From Eremomyces bilateralis CBS 781.70 (taxonomy: Eukaryota): a stretch of DNA of 64,000 nt. The stretch lies in assembly GCA_010015585.1 (NCBI GenBank), contig ML975154.1; one strand, written 5' to 3'. Under the pieces are notes generated by a model. The model saw nothing but the letters and a program-made list of their open reading frames with translations. It did no database searches and was not told the DNA's origin. The translations under genes were made by a program, and so were the position numbers. Shown here piece after piece: positions 13,601 to 26,422 of this stretch (positions are counted from its first letter, which is position 1; each line of letters starts with the position of its first letter).

Positions 13601-14590
13601 TCAGACCAGGAGGACGCTGCTTCATGTTAGATCCTGAGCCTTGTGAACAAGTGTCTGCAACTTACGCGTTGACACATCCGTCCATCTCAACGTTGTTCAT
13701 CACCTGGGCCCATCGACCCCAGACCACCTTGCCTCCAGGGGTCACCAATCCAAGTTCACTACAATCAACCTAGGACAAATCAATAACGGTGCGATAGAAG
13801 AAGGGAAATTCGGTGTGCTGCTAACCTCGATGATGGTTCCCTTAGTCAATACACCAAGCTGGGTGTACATCGGATTTTGCGGGTTCTTCTTGACTGAAAT
13901 GATCGGCAGTTGAACCGTGACGCCCAACTCCCTGTGGGTAACATTGGCCTTCTTGTATCGGAGACCCATGGGCCGGATAAAGCGCTCGTATTTGACCGGT
14001 CGTCGAGTGAACTCGTTCCCAACGAACGTGGGCTTCGTGACGACTCGCTTCCACGCCTTCTTTTTCGTTTTCTTTCCCGTATGGACCACTTTGAACATCT
14101 CTTCCTCCGAGATACCACGGACCTTCGGCAGTGGGACGCTGAACTTCGCCACCTTCTCGGACCGCTTGTTCTTAACCGCGCTTGACAATGCCTTCGCGTT
14201 CGTCGGATTGGACCGGTCAAGGAGATACTGTGGTAAAGGCGTGGAAGGCTCGGGCGCCGTCGAAGATTTAACATCTCGCTCCTCATCTGTTGCGCAAGAT
14301 CAGCCACCATGTCAGGAACGTGCGAACACACGGCGTACGCATTTTGATCTTCTTCTTCATCTCGATCTTCTCCTTGTGTCGCCGCTGCTGGAGCATCTTG
14401 GCCCGATGGCCACGGAAATTCTGCGCTTCATAGGATGCCTTATGCGCCTCACGGGCTGTTCGCTTCCGTGTCCGCTCTTCATGATCGAGCCTGTGGGAGA
14501 TTAATGGCGGCGCGCAATGTGGTGGACCAGAGCAGCATACCTGCGTCCGTGGCGCTTTCGCCAGCGGTCGATGTAATCGTGGTAAGGCAT
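13601..14590 (-). CDS. NSA2: 60S ribosome biogenesis protein Nsa2
   Basis: [85 protein letters not shown]; 4 introns. Confidence 0.97.
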
Positions 14591-14956
14591 ATTGAGTCAA
14601 CGCTTAGGGTGACTCTGTTTTCGGTGGTTTCGTGGTATAAACGCAAAGGTATCCCTCAGCGTTTCGAAATGTAGACTGTTTCTATGAAAGAGCCTGGCAG
14701 TCGTGAATTTTTGAGGTTGGAGGGCGAAATCTTGGCGGCCCCTCGGCTGCCCATAGATACCATGTGCGCATGTTGGTTCGTGGCCTTGTGTCCTTGAAAT
14801 ATCGGCCTTGTGGCCTTATATCGATTCCCCCTCCACCCTCCGCCCTCCATTCCGGTTCGTCCCATCATCAAATAAATATCAATCATCATAATACATCAAC
14901 CGTGGAAAGACGTGGATTCTTTCATTACTAGCACGGAATACAGATTCAAGAACAGA

Positions 14957-16084
14957 CTAGAGAAACAGCCTGAGGAACTCCACTAGCGCCATCATCGCCA
15001 TCGATTGCCCGTACGGCATGCTCGTACGCGGAATGTCCTTATAATGCTGGAACGTGTGTCCCATTCCTGTACCAAAGCTAGTGTCCAACAACTCCCCGTC
15101 AACACTAATCCTCTCCAGGATTGCTTTGACTGCCTTGACCGCCACCTCTTCATACTCCCTGCCGATATATCGTTTTCGGGAAGCTTTCAGAATTCCATAT
15201 GCGAACCCCGCCGTCGCGGACGCCTCGATGTAGCTGCCTTCGCTGGTCGGGATGTCCAGCAACGTTCTCCACATGCCGTTGGGCTCTTGGAGCGCTTTGA
15301 GTGCCTGGCATTGCGATTTCAGGATATTGATCAAATACATCCGGAAGCCATCACCTTCAGGGAGGTCTAGCAATTCGATGAAATCAGGGATGAAAATCGT
15401 CAGCCACGAGTTTCCTCGTGCCCACCTCGCTTGAGCAAAATTGTGTCCAATCGTTCCGTTTTTGTCCTCGAACTTCCAGCCGTGGAAGAAGAGCCCGGTC
15501 GGTGCGTCGTACAGATACTGAAGATGTAGGAGGACCTGTCGCTTGGCTTCCTCGATGTACTCTGGTTTGTTGAGGATCTTTCCGATCTTCGCAAGAGGCA
15601 AGACGCTCATCATCAATGTGTCATCCCACAGCTCATTGGTGTTCGGGCCAGCGTAAGTGATATGCTGCATGCCGTTGCAAGGCGTTCGAGGAAGATCGTG
15701 CATAACCCAATCGGCCCAGGTTTCCAGCCAGGGAAGATACGACGGTTCCTTCGATTGTTCATAGATGTATGCCAGAGTCAGGAACACGGCCATCGTATTG
15801 ATGTTCTTCGTCGTACCCTTCTCCAGCTGGATCTTGAACCAATCGACAATGACTTGCTTGGGATAATCGGACCCCGTCAACGTGTGATATTGGTAGAGGC
15901 CGTATAGGCCGATTCCGTGAGTCCATTCCCAGTCATTCCATCCTTTGGTGTCTATTACGCGGCCATCGGGAAGTTTCAGCAAGAACTCGCCAGTTGAATC
16001 CTTGATGTTAATGAGATTGTTGATCAAGAGCTGGATTTTCTCATGAATCAGCGCTGACTCCAACCCAAAAGCATTGAGCGGCAT
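14957..16084 (-). CDS. Glycoside hydrolase family 105 (unsaturated rhamnogalacturonyl hydrolase, YteR-like), no signal peptide
   Basis: Intronless 375 aa; WEWTHGIGLYG, LWDDTLMMSV, TGLFFHGW, WARGNSW, EASATAGFAYGI, PYGQ motifs. Confidence 0.92.
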   Translation of the reverse strand: MPLNAFGLESALIHEKIQLLINNLINIKDSTGEFLLKLPDGRVIDTKGWNDWEWTHGIGLYGLYQYHTLTGSDYPKQVIVDWFKIQLEKGTTKNINTMAVFLTLAYIYEQSKEPSYLPWLETWADWVMHDLPRTPCNGMQHITYAGPNTNELWDDTLMMSVLPLAKIGKILNKPEYIEEAKRQVLLHLQYLYDAPTGLFFHGWKFEDKNGTIGHNFAQARWARGNSWLTIFIPDFIELLDLPEGDGFRMYLINILKSQCQALKALQEPNGMWRTLLDIPTSEGSYIEASATAGFAYGILKASRKRYIGREYEEVAVKAVKAILERISVDGELLDTSFGTGMGHTFQHYKDIPRTSMPYGQSMAMMALVEFLRLFL

Positions 16085-16513
16085 CGTGAGAAATATGAAA
16101 CAAATGTCGATGAAAATTGGTGTGTATATCGTACTGTACAGTTCATGAGGTCAAGAATGAAGAATCTACTACAAATCAGAGATCTTCATGGTTTTTCGGC
16201 GGCAACGGACTCCACAATCTCTTTGATAGCTCCTTGACGAGCACCTGGCTTTCTTCATCCTTCACTCGAGTCCGCATCGGCTCTCTCGTCCTCATTTACC
16301 CTTCTCTTGATTGCTTTGTGGGTGTCACGATCAAGAGACATCAGACGCTCGACCAGCTCAATGACCTCGTTGCGTGCAACATTGCTCCGATGACCGAGTG
16401 AAGACATGGATTTGTTGGCGAATGACGGGTTCGGTAGCTCGGTTCATAGTTCACGCTGCTGACATTTTGCCATTAATTAAGGCATCGCGGATGTTAGCTT
16501 CATTCGTTCATTT

Positions 16514-16697
16514 CCCCGCAGACCGGCGGTCACCCCCAGCTAGTAGGTGAGATGGAGCCCAAGGGTCCCCGTTACCCCAGGTCCACCAACTATCAACTCA
16601 ACGTTCATCGTGGTACACCAACACTCCACAGTCCACACCTCCACAGCCGTTCGATTTATCCACTTCCCGGTCGGCGGGCACCGCTTCGGATGCGGAG
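16514..16697. promoter_or_regulatory. Cluster of six CreA/Cre1 consensus sites (SYGGRG) in the GH105/transporter divergent promoter
   Basis: CCCCGC 16514, CCCCAG 16534 and 16575, CTCCAC 16624 and 16639, GCGGAG 16692. Confidence 0.5.
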
Positions 16698-17052
16698 GTT
16701 TATCTCCCTTAGATCGTCCATCTTATCCCGACTTTCATTATTGTCAAGTACACACCAAAGACGATCAATTGCCCTTCTGGCCTAGTCCAGAGCACGTAAA
16801 CCAATAAGTGCTGGATCTCGAGTCACGTAAGGATGCCGACAGGGCAATCGTGCAAGACAACTGTATGTTCTCCGGACTATTGCATCCCGAGAGTAAAGTT
16901 ACTCGGGCTCACAATGTTGATATTATATTGAATCTCGATGAACGCACCAGTCTCTTTACTGGGATGGTGTGGATTCGTCTCGACTTACGCTGCCTGAGTC
17001 TTGTTTTATCAACGTTGTTCGTACTTCCAGTCATCAGGGACCAATGATCTAG

Positions 17053-18893
17053 ATGGCAGACATTAAAGAGCAGGGGACCGTCGAGCAGGCGAATCCAATC
17101 CGTCAAGAACAGTCAAAGGGGCACGATGTCTCCCAGGTGGAGAGAGTCGTCTCCGCCTCCGAGTTCGACGAGAAGGACCATATTGACTATGGACGTATCG
17201 ATCAGGAGGTCGCATAGTACGCCAACGCTGTCGCGGTGGAGATTTCTCCTGAAGAGAACAAGCGTCTGAAGAGGATGATCGATCGCCGGGTGCTCCCGAT
17301 CATGATCTTCACGTACTTCCTTCAAGCCTTGGATAAGGGAACACTTTCATTTTGCATCGACCATGAACTTTCGAGAGGATTTAGGACTTCTCCAAGGCCA
17401 GTCGGTAAGTTCGACCATCCCATACCTTTTGTCCAACTGGTGTTGACTGAAGACGCTCCAGTACTCCTGGCTCACCACTTGCATCTACATTGCCGTCTTA
17501 GTCGTCGAATATCCGACGAACTGGATCATTCAACACGTTCCACTTGGAAAATATTTAGGCGCGAACATCGTCCTCCGGGGCAGCGTCCTCGCCTGCCATG
17601 CGGCCGCTGTGAATTTCCCCAGCATTCTCGCTCTACGAACGCTCCTGGGGATCTTCGAAGCGGTCTGCCAGCCTGCATTCTTGGTCATGAGCAGCATGTG
17701 GTATAAACGTGAGGAACAAGCAGAGATTGTTACCTATTGGGTAAGTAAATGAAGAAAGATCATATTTTTTGAGACAGCCCGTGCCGACCATACCCCCTCC
17801 ATGCCCCTCGACCGTACCCCTCGTACTAGATATGGTCCCCTCCCTTTCCTTAACTAAACATCCACTGACATCCCTGGTAGTATATGATGAACGGCGGCCA
17901 ACAAATAGTTGGCGGAATTCTATCCTACTGCTTTACGCTCCTCAAAACCGGCCCCATCACATCCTGGCAAGCTCTCTTTATCACCTACGGAACGTTCTCT
18001 GTCCTCTGGGGCCTGTTCGTCCTCTGGTGGCTTCCCGACTCCCCCATGCGGGCCCAATGCTTCAGCGAGGAAGACAAGCGGCTCATGATCGAGCGCGTGC
18101 GCGGCAACCAGACAGGCATGCAGAACCGCAAGTTCCGGCCGGAGCAGGTCAAGGAGGCGTTGTCGGACCTCCAGACGTGTTGCTACTGTCTGATTGCCAT
18201 TTGCACTACACTTCCGACGAGCGGTCGGGGGGCCTTTGCGAATATCATCATCACCGGCTTCAAATTTACAGTGCTTCAGTCGCAGCTGCTGGCCATGGTC
18301 CTGGGTGCCGTTATCATCATCATCCTGCTAACCTCCACCTGGTTGGTCAAGAAGACTGGCCAAAACTTGATCGTGGTGGGCTTCTATGTGATCCCGTAAG
18401 TTTCTCTTCCCATTTCGACCGACTGAGCTCATAAATCTAGGTCCTTTGTTGGCACCATTGTGTTAATGACAGTCGAGAACAAAAACAAGGCGTCACAGGC
18501 GGCCTTCTCATCAGTTACTACATTGTCTTGTCTTTCTGGGCCGCTCAGACTCTCGCCATGAGCATGATCTCCCGCAACGTCGCCGGCCAAACGAAGAAGA
18601 CCGTCGTGATTTCCGCCAACTTCGTCTCTTGGTGCACGGGGAACGCGATCGGACCACAGGTTTTCTTGTCCTGGAATGCGCCTCACTACTTCATTGCCTT
18701 TGCTACCCACATCGGTTGTTACGTGTTGCTGGTCATTGTCATTGTCTTCCTCCGGTTTTACCTCAAGACGCAAAATGATGCTAAAGATCAACTGGCGGCA
18801 GAAGGCGATGTTGGAGCTAGGGACGGGACTCTGATTCACTCGTTCGAGGACTAGACGGATAGGGAGAACAAGAATTTCAGATATATCTATTAG
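17053..18893 (+). pseudogene. MFS anion:cation symporter, DAL5/allantoate permease family, disrupted
   Basis: YFLQALDKGT, YSWLTTCIY, RTLLGIFEA, SMWYKREEQ, LPDSPM, SRNVAGQTKK, GNAIGPQVF, TDRENKNFRY motifs; in-frame TAG 17215-17217, +1 frameshift ~17350-17353, -1 frameshift ~18500, TAG 18852-18854. Confidence 0.9.
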
Positions 18894-19753
18894 TACAGAG
18901 AAATCCTCTTTCAAGTTTATATCCTCGACTCGGGCTGAACAAGATCTGCCAGTCTAACACGCTCTTCCGGCACGAGCCAGGACTGTTCTATATCGAATCT
19001 TCCACTGCGTGTGGTCGGCATCCTTGCAACATGACTGTTTCCGAGTGTCAAAGATCCACCTCGTGGAAAGTCTGCGGTGAAGTCGTCGGACCACAATACT
19101 AAATGACTGCTGCCCTGTCTGATAGTCATGGGGTCAAAAGGTCTCCCCATCCATTTCTGATTCTTAGCGTATCGTCGCCATGCTGGTTGGAGACGAGGTA
19201 GTTGAAGACTTGAGTACAAGTCATCTCTGGAGCAATAACATAAAGAAGCGGAAACCTCTAGCATTGAGTCTTGTATTGCTTTCTAGGCTAGCCAAGCCTG
19301 GTAGGTTCCTCGATGTGAGACCATACTTTGTCGGCTATCCTGATACGGCCTCGTACTGAAAACGTGTATATGAATGCCGTCACCATTGTGCTGAGATCGT
19401 TCCGTTACCCGACACCGAACCGGCCTTGCAGCTATTGGGTTCGGACCCTACAGGGTCAAGGGAGGTGGAGCATAGCTGGTTGACTGGAAGCGGACTTTTC
19501 TAGCCGGCGTGTAATCTTAATTACTAGTTTGCGGAGTAGGCCAGGGATCCACTCGAGTCTCGAATCGTGGGGTGCAAACTGGTAGCTTCGGTTTCGCAAC
19601 TCGCACATCGGGCAAAGTCAAGCCGGATCAGAACCGGAAGGTCGAACATTCTCCCGCCAATAGCAACCAGCCAGCATTCTTCTATGACAATACAGCAACC
19701 CAGAAAGGAGATGCTCCACGTTAAATTCAAAGATTTCGCCGTGTCTGATTCTT

Positions 19754-21016
19754 CTAGCTCGTGCTCTGGCTCCGCAGTGATCTCGTCCCCTTCGCCCCAG
19801 CGGGTACTCCTTCTCGTTTTCTCTTCAGCACTCTTCCCATCGCGTCCCGAACCTCGGGGTCGGATCGGATCGTGTTTTGAACGAGCCATTCTTTCAGCTG
19901 CTCGCGCACCAGGCGTTGCCGGTCCGCGTCCTCGGCGAACGGCGCCATTTCAAGGGTGAGGAGCCGAGACGTTTCCAGATCGTATGACCGGGTCAGGGCA
20001 TCGAGGCGGTTGAGCTGGGTCTGAACTTGCTGCTCACTGGCCATGCTCCCCGACCTGTTGATGAAGGTGAGTGCGATGAGAGGTTGGATTTGAGATAACG
20101 CGATATATATTGCGATGGCTGTCCGTCGTGCGAGTGCAAGAATCTGGAAAGGCAGGTACGGTGCGTGGAGGTTGAAGGTTTGGAACAGCGGATTCAAAAC
20201 ACGAGTGGCAATCGCTGGTCCGGTCGGTCGCGTGATGGTGTATGCTTCGAACGCAAGCATGGCCGCGAAGGTGAAATATCTCCACTAGACGGTGTTAGCG
20301 GCATGCCGCGACTGAGAATCATCGAACCACATACGTATCGCCCTGCTTCCAAATATCCCAGAAAGTTGGACACGAGCAGCAAGAACCCCAGCGCAGCATA
20401 AGATGGCGCTATCCGCATTGCGCCGGTTTTCACATAATCTCCGATCGTCTTGCAATGCTTGTACTCCAGAATCTCCGGACCGAATCGATCATAGGCGAAT
20501 CGCTTCACGGGATCGATGAGGGTTTCGCGAGCTTGGTTGATGTGCACATAATATTGCTCAGCTTCCGCTTTCGCATCCCCATGAACTTTGTCAGGATGAT
20601 GTATGAGGGTTCTGCAGACCACCAGCCTTAGCATTGTCGCGAATCCATCACGGTTTATACTCACAGTTTCCGAAATTTCGAGTTTATTGCCTTCACATCC
20701 ACATCGGGAGTCAATCCCAGGTCTTGGTAAAAGTCGCCAGATCGCTGTAATGACCAATCGGCCTCGTATATTGTGTACAGCAGATACACGGCAATGACTC
20801 CAATCTGAATGTTCCGCCTGTGTCGTAGATAGCGAGGTGAGCCTGGAGTAGGCTTTGGTTCGCCGGCGCGAATGGTGACGCTATAGTAGAAAGACTGGAC
20901 CCATGATGCAACGAGCTATTCACCAGAGATTAGCTCTCCTTGTCCAAGTTGGCCATCTATGGAGTACGTACTGAGGGCAGGAAATACCAGCCTGCATAAG
21001 ACAACAAGGAGGACAT
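19754..21016 (-). CDS. Membrane-associated DnaJ-domain protein
   Basis: MSSLLSYAGWYFLPS|LVASWVQSFYY..RAGEPKPTPGSPRY..DFYQDLG..KFRKL|TLIHHPDK..RFAYDRFGP; C-terminal WLVQNTIRSDPEV; 3 introns. Confidence 0.88.
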
Positions 21017-21552
21017 GGTTTATGGGCGTGGGAAGGCGCAAATGACAGGTTGGAGCAATCAAAGACTGAAGGATGCTTCCGGCAGTAAAGATGGTGTTAC
21101 AGGAATGGTTGAACTCGAAAGTAGATGTTCATACCCCCCTTATTAGATTATATTCATACTGAGATGCTTCTTGTGAACTTCATGACAACAAACTTACAAT
21201 AGAATGTCGCTGCACTGCGGAACACGGAAGTATCAAGAGCCACAGCCGAAGCTCCGCCGATTGGCCTGAACGCTTCCTTGTGACGTTCATCTCCATCTTC
21301 ATATCGTTCACCACAATTGGACTTGTTGGTGTACTTCTGCTCTTTTGCACCTGTGCGCTCTATTCATAAGGTAACGTAATGATTTCATGCTTTTTATAGG
21401 GAGTACCGGTGCAGCTTTTAGGGAAACCACTTCTTCCTTCTCTATTCCACATTCCCAATCCAATTCACACCCGTTCTGGTACCCAAAGAATGCACGCATC
21501 ATAGGCCTCATACTTCATAACACTTCTTCCCATGTCCCCCTCATCAACCGCC

Positions 21553-23388
21553 ATGTCTTCCACAACCACAAATAACAAACGGGGACCCACTGCCCTGGTA
21601 CGTGAAATATGCAGTGCACTCCTCTATTAGATGCAGCGAACTAATGGAAGCAGGCGAGATCTCCAACTGGTCAATCAAGAACCAAGGTTATCACCGTCGA
21701 CAACGTCCTAGCATTTGCCTCCGACATGCCCTCTGCCCAACGCCATGATCGCGAGCCTCCCGACCGAAGACCCCTTATGCATACACGCACGCCGAGCGGC
21801 CGACGTCCGCTCGAACCAAAGTTGACGGGTCGGTTCGTCCCTCAAACCATCCCGCAGCGGACGTCCAAGGTTTCGGAGAAGCTGGTGCTGCTCCCTGAGA
21901 CGGGTGATGTCATTGCCGATGACGGCAAAGGCGATTTTGCCGAGGACGATCTGTCGCCGCCCTCGGATGAGCAGCTTCTGCGCAGCCTGCGACCTGGACC
22001 TCGCGATAAATCTTATGCCGAACGACTGCCCAAGTCGAGACGGACGGAGAAGGTCGCGCGAGTCACAGCATACTGCACTGCCCAGGCCTACAACCTGAAG
22101 GCAACCGCCGAGTTTGTGAAGGGCAACCATGGCGCCAGAACGAAACTCTACGGCGACTGTTTATACTGTGCATACCATCTGCCCTTGCTCGGTGGCACGG
22201 GTGGATATCGGATCCGCAGCAGTCCTATCCTCAAAAGTCCCGGCGGGAAATTTATGATTGACGAGGAGATTGAACGAAACGAGCAAATCGAGTATCATGA
22301 AGGGTTCTTTGGTGATACAGAACGGTTCGGCGCAAGGGATTACAATGTTTCCGAGAGTCCTTCAGACGACCATCGAGATTCAAGCGGCATGGATCAAGGG
22401 AAACCTCTGGACACTCCCACCTCCCCCAACCGACCACCATCGCCCCCATCGATCCCAGCAAATGCAGTTTCGTTTGGCGAAGTGTTCGCTTTCAATTATG
22501 GAGTGCTCGTGTTCTGGAACTTCAGTGAAATGCAGGAAAAGAATATTCTCGCAGACCTAACTTTCTTCGCCACGGACAGTGGCTTGAACCTCGCGACCCG
22601 ACCGCAGGACGAAGCTGACTTTGAAATGGAGGAATTTCATTTCGAGTACAACCCATACATACCCAACCCGAGGATATTCAACGACATGATCACATTGAAG
22701 TCGACGGACCATATGATCAAGCTTGCCATGGCCCATGCTATCGCGCAGAGCACCAAGGTTTCGTTCTTCGAAGAGCGAATGCAGGTAACCATGAACGAGA
22801 CCAAGGACATCCCCAAAAACCTCGCGATGACGGGAAAGCTGGGCATGAACAAGAGGCAAGTCATCAGGATCATCGGACGCCTCTTTAACAGCCGGGTCGA
22901 CGTCAATCTTGGTGAGTAAATCTTTCATTCCTGGAAGTGGACGACTCTAACGTGCAAAGCGTCAAATGTGCTGGACGTTCCCAACTTCTTCTGGGAAAGC
23001 GAGCCAACGTTACATCCGTTGTATAGCGCCGTTCGCGAGTACCTTGAGATCAAACAGCGGATTCAGGTGCTCAACGAACGGTGCCAGGTGTTCTTAGATC
23101 TCGCATCCGTTCTCAGTGACACCGTCCGAGACCGGAAGATGTCCCGTAAGCATTGGACACATGCACACAGGCAATATACCAGTCCGCTAATGACCACTTG
23201 CAGGATTAACCTGGATCGTGATCATATTGATCTTGGGCTCGCTCGTAGTGACGGTATTCGAAGTCCTACTTCGGTATGCGCTCCTCTCGAAGAAACGGAA
23301 CCTAGCACCACTAGGGCATTGTCCAGGCATTGAGCCATCGGCGGGGATGCTTGGTCTTCCAAGCACAGCGTCATTGGGTGAACTCTGA
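21553..23388 (+). CDS. DUF155 family sporulation protein (Rmd8/Rmd1, Sad1-interacting factor-like)
   Basis: RVTAYCTA, EVFAFNYGVLVFWNF, PRIFNDMITL, HAIAQSTK, LDVPNFFWESEP, REYLEIKQRIQVLNER, C-terminal TM LTWIVIILI; 3 introns. Confidence 0.92.
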
Positions 23389-25423
23389 GAAAATGTCTGT
23401 ACCCCGCTCGGTTTTACGATTTTACTGGTATGGCGTACGGCGTCTTCTTGCAGTGCGGACAGACGGGGCTTTCTAGATATCCTCCTTTCGTCTGGGCATC
23501 CGATGGGGATATCTTGCGTAATGAGCTTCGCATGCTGTCCCGCAATACCCGAACCATATCGACCTAGGCCACAATGTGCCGCTTCGGGATGGCGGTGAGA
23601 GTTCTTTGGCTCCATAGGCTATCAGAAACAGCTTTCATACTCCCAGAATAGGTCAGTATCATGGGATCGGGATTGTCAAACCCCGCTTTCGCGTCGGTCG
23701 AGTCAACGCAGCATATCTATTAAGCGATGACTGAGTCTCACGCTAGTCGTACGAAGTCTTTTGGAGGGGATATACTCTTCAGATCCAATTACGATGGTTC
23801 GACGTGCCGTGGTCACATCATGAGATTGTGAACAGCAGCCCGCTAGCTAGAGGACAGACGAGAACAGACGACGATTATGGGTGACCTACATACATAGGCG
23901 GCATGCCACATACTACGCAGTTGATAGAACCTTCGGATCATGTAAGGGGAAATAAGAAGAGGCGACTTGATGATTCACGGCTGGCAATATTGATTAGCCC
24001 GTGCTGACGCACTATTGCTGAGCAGAGTGCTGGGATCATGCTGAGCGATGATGAACCGCAGGCTTGGAAACGCCAAATGTCAACGTGAACGAGGGAATTC
24101 GAACTGCAAATATCCAGATGTGGTGATGGGAAGCGATTTGAGGAAATCTACAGCAAGCTGGAAAGATAAGATGGCATGATGCTGCATCGCCAAATGCCTT
24201 GGTGAGTGGTGGTGGTGGAGATCGGATTGGAGAGGTGGATGCAAGAGCGGACGGGATGCGACGTTGAAATATGAATAGCAGTCGTTTTCAATAAACTGAC
24301 ACATGGGGAGCAGCCAGCAGGACGGCACGAGCATGGACGCCAAAGGAAACTATTGAAAATCTGATGCAAGAGGCAAACGATGCCCTCCCGTCGTATTCGG
24401 AATCCAATGGGATGGCTCAGAAAGTTAACGATACATCCATCACCGATTCCCAGAATGAGCTCTCAACAGAGAATTATTGTGCCGTGAACAAACTTATCTC
24501 CAGAGGTGGAGAGCTGAATGGAAAAGTAACTACATTAGCAACAGGAGAACACTTGACGGTACTCGGGCGGCGCGACAGACCGACTCCTGAGATGTTTTGG
24601 GAGGCTGTCGTGATAGTGAGAAGTTCACGGAACTGACGCCGACTGGTGGGCAGAGAATGACGCCACCCCAGACAATAACTCCAAAAATAAACCCCATGAA
24701 CTCCACGCACACCACCACTTCAACGAAATCCCATCGAAATACCACCCTCCCAAAGTCCAAATCGTCATCATATTCCAAAAACACCGAATTTCTAAGCCGT
24801 GACGACCACCGATGTGTCAACTCAGCAGCACCGACTCGGCTATGTGGGCGGTTTGATCTCTCACTTTGATGCTATGTACTATGGCTCAGCCCCGATCGTG
24901 CCATGCAACCGGCCAACGGTCCGCCACGCGATTTGCGTCCCCTTGCTATCCCTCCTGACGACGACAACCATCGCTCCCACTCGTCTCTCTTGCGATGGCT
25001 TTCCGCTGTATTCCATATTGTAGCTATGGCTGTGCAGAACGACTACTCATACAGTGGAGGCCGGCCCCAGCGCGCCGCCAGGGTAATCAATAATACCTGC
25101 AAGCTGGCGATGTTACCTTGAAGTGATGCCCGATATAGCGATCGAATTGTCAACTGTCTTACCTGTCTGTATAAGGTCATTCGCTTCGAATCGCCTTTTG
25201 GTGGTGTGATTCATCAGCATTGTCTGTCCAGTTCGCCTGTCGCCATTTTGTATATCTATCCACACCCTCGCTTTCGTCTCTTCGTTATTAAATTCAGTCT
25301 TTCAGTCAATCGCTTCATCATAACATTCGCTTGAGTCACACCAACACTTTCCATATACTATATCAATAATATATCTCAATACTCCTCTACCAAGTACATA
25401 AGAGACAAAGGTTCATATCGGAT

Positions 25424-26422
25424 ATGCTCAGTTTCCTCCCTGTCCTTGTGGCAGCCTTGGCCGGCTCTGCTGTAGCCGGCGAGAAGCCCTGGGGGGATAA
25501 ACATCCTCACTGGCCGACTGGAAAACCCTCCAGCACTATCTATCCCTCGAGCTCTTCCTCATACACTCACCATCCCCCTTCCTCAACTCTTTATCCGTCA
25601 GAGTCTTCTTCATATACGCATTATCCTCCTTCCTCATCTCCTCCCTCATCGTCTCCCCGGCCGACCAAAACTGGTCACCACTCCACCAAGACGATCACGA
25701 CCTACACCACTGTAACGACTTGTCCGGTCACCATCACCTCCGGCCACCATGTCACCACGACTTGGACCACGAGCACTATCACCGTCACCAGTTGCGTCAA
25801 TGGCTGCTCGCATCCGACCAAAGAACCACATAAGACGCTCCCTCCCAAGCCGACCGACACCACCGTCACCATCGTGTATCCGACCACCGTCACCAAGTTC
25901 GTCCCATGCTCGACTCCCGTGAGCAGCAGCGGCCAAACCACCTTCTACTCGACCTGGCTCAGTACCACTGAATATGTCTCTACCTACACCAAGACATACA
26001 GCCACGGTCCACCCCCGCCTCCGCCTCCAACTACGCTGCCGGAGACATGCCCTCCAGTTGCAACAGTTTACGTTACGGTGACAGAAACCAAGGGCGATAC
26101 TCCCGCCCCGCCACCAACTACAGCTCCCCATCCACCCAAGCCTACTTGCTATTCCGACAAGTGTTATCACACCATCACCTACACCTATCCCAATGGTTAC
26201 TGCACGACGATCACCATCACCGAGACACAATCGCCGTCGCCGAAGCCCACGCACACTCGAACCACCTCTAAAAAGCCGCACCCGCCGCCGACGGGAACAG
26301 GTAACCCGTATCCTCCACCGACCAAAAGCAAGCCGCCAACCCCGCCTCCTTCAGGGACGGGCAAACCTCACCATCCTCATGGGCCGGGAGGCTATGAGTG
26401 GCCTAAACCGGGAGGTCACTGA
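25424..26422 (+). CDS. Secreted Pro/Thr/Ser/His-rich (mucin-like/cell-wall) protein
   Basis: Signal peptide MLSFLPVLVAALAGSAVA, TTCP/VPCSTP/TCP motifs, 17-aa internal duplication (YPSxSSSYTHxPPSS), no hydrophobic GPI tail; TATAA at ~25170 and CT-rich leader. Confidence 0.88.
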   Translation: MLSFLPVLVAALAGSAVAGEKPWGDKHPHWPTGKPSSTIYPSSSSSYTHHPPSSTLYPSESSSYTHYPPSSSPPSSSPRPTKTGHHSTKTITTYTTVTTCPVTITSGHHVTTTWTTSTITVTSCVNGCSHPTKEPHKTLPPKPTDTTVTIVYPTTVTKFVPCSTPVSSSGQTTFYSTWLSTTEYVSTYTKTYSHGPPPPPPPTTLPETCPPVATVYVTVTETKGDTPAPPPTTAPHPPKPTCYSDKCYHTITYTYPNGYCTTITITETQSPSPKPTHTRTTSKKPHPPPTGTGNPYPPPTKSKPPTPPPSGTGKPHHPHGPGGYEWPKPGGH

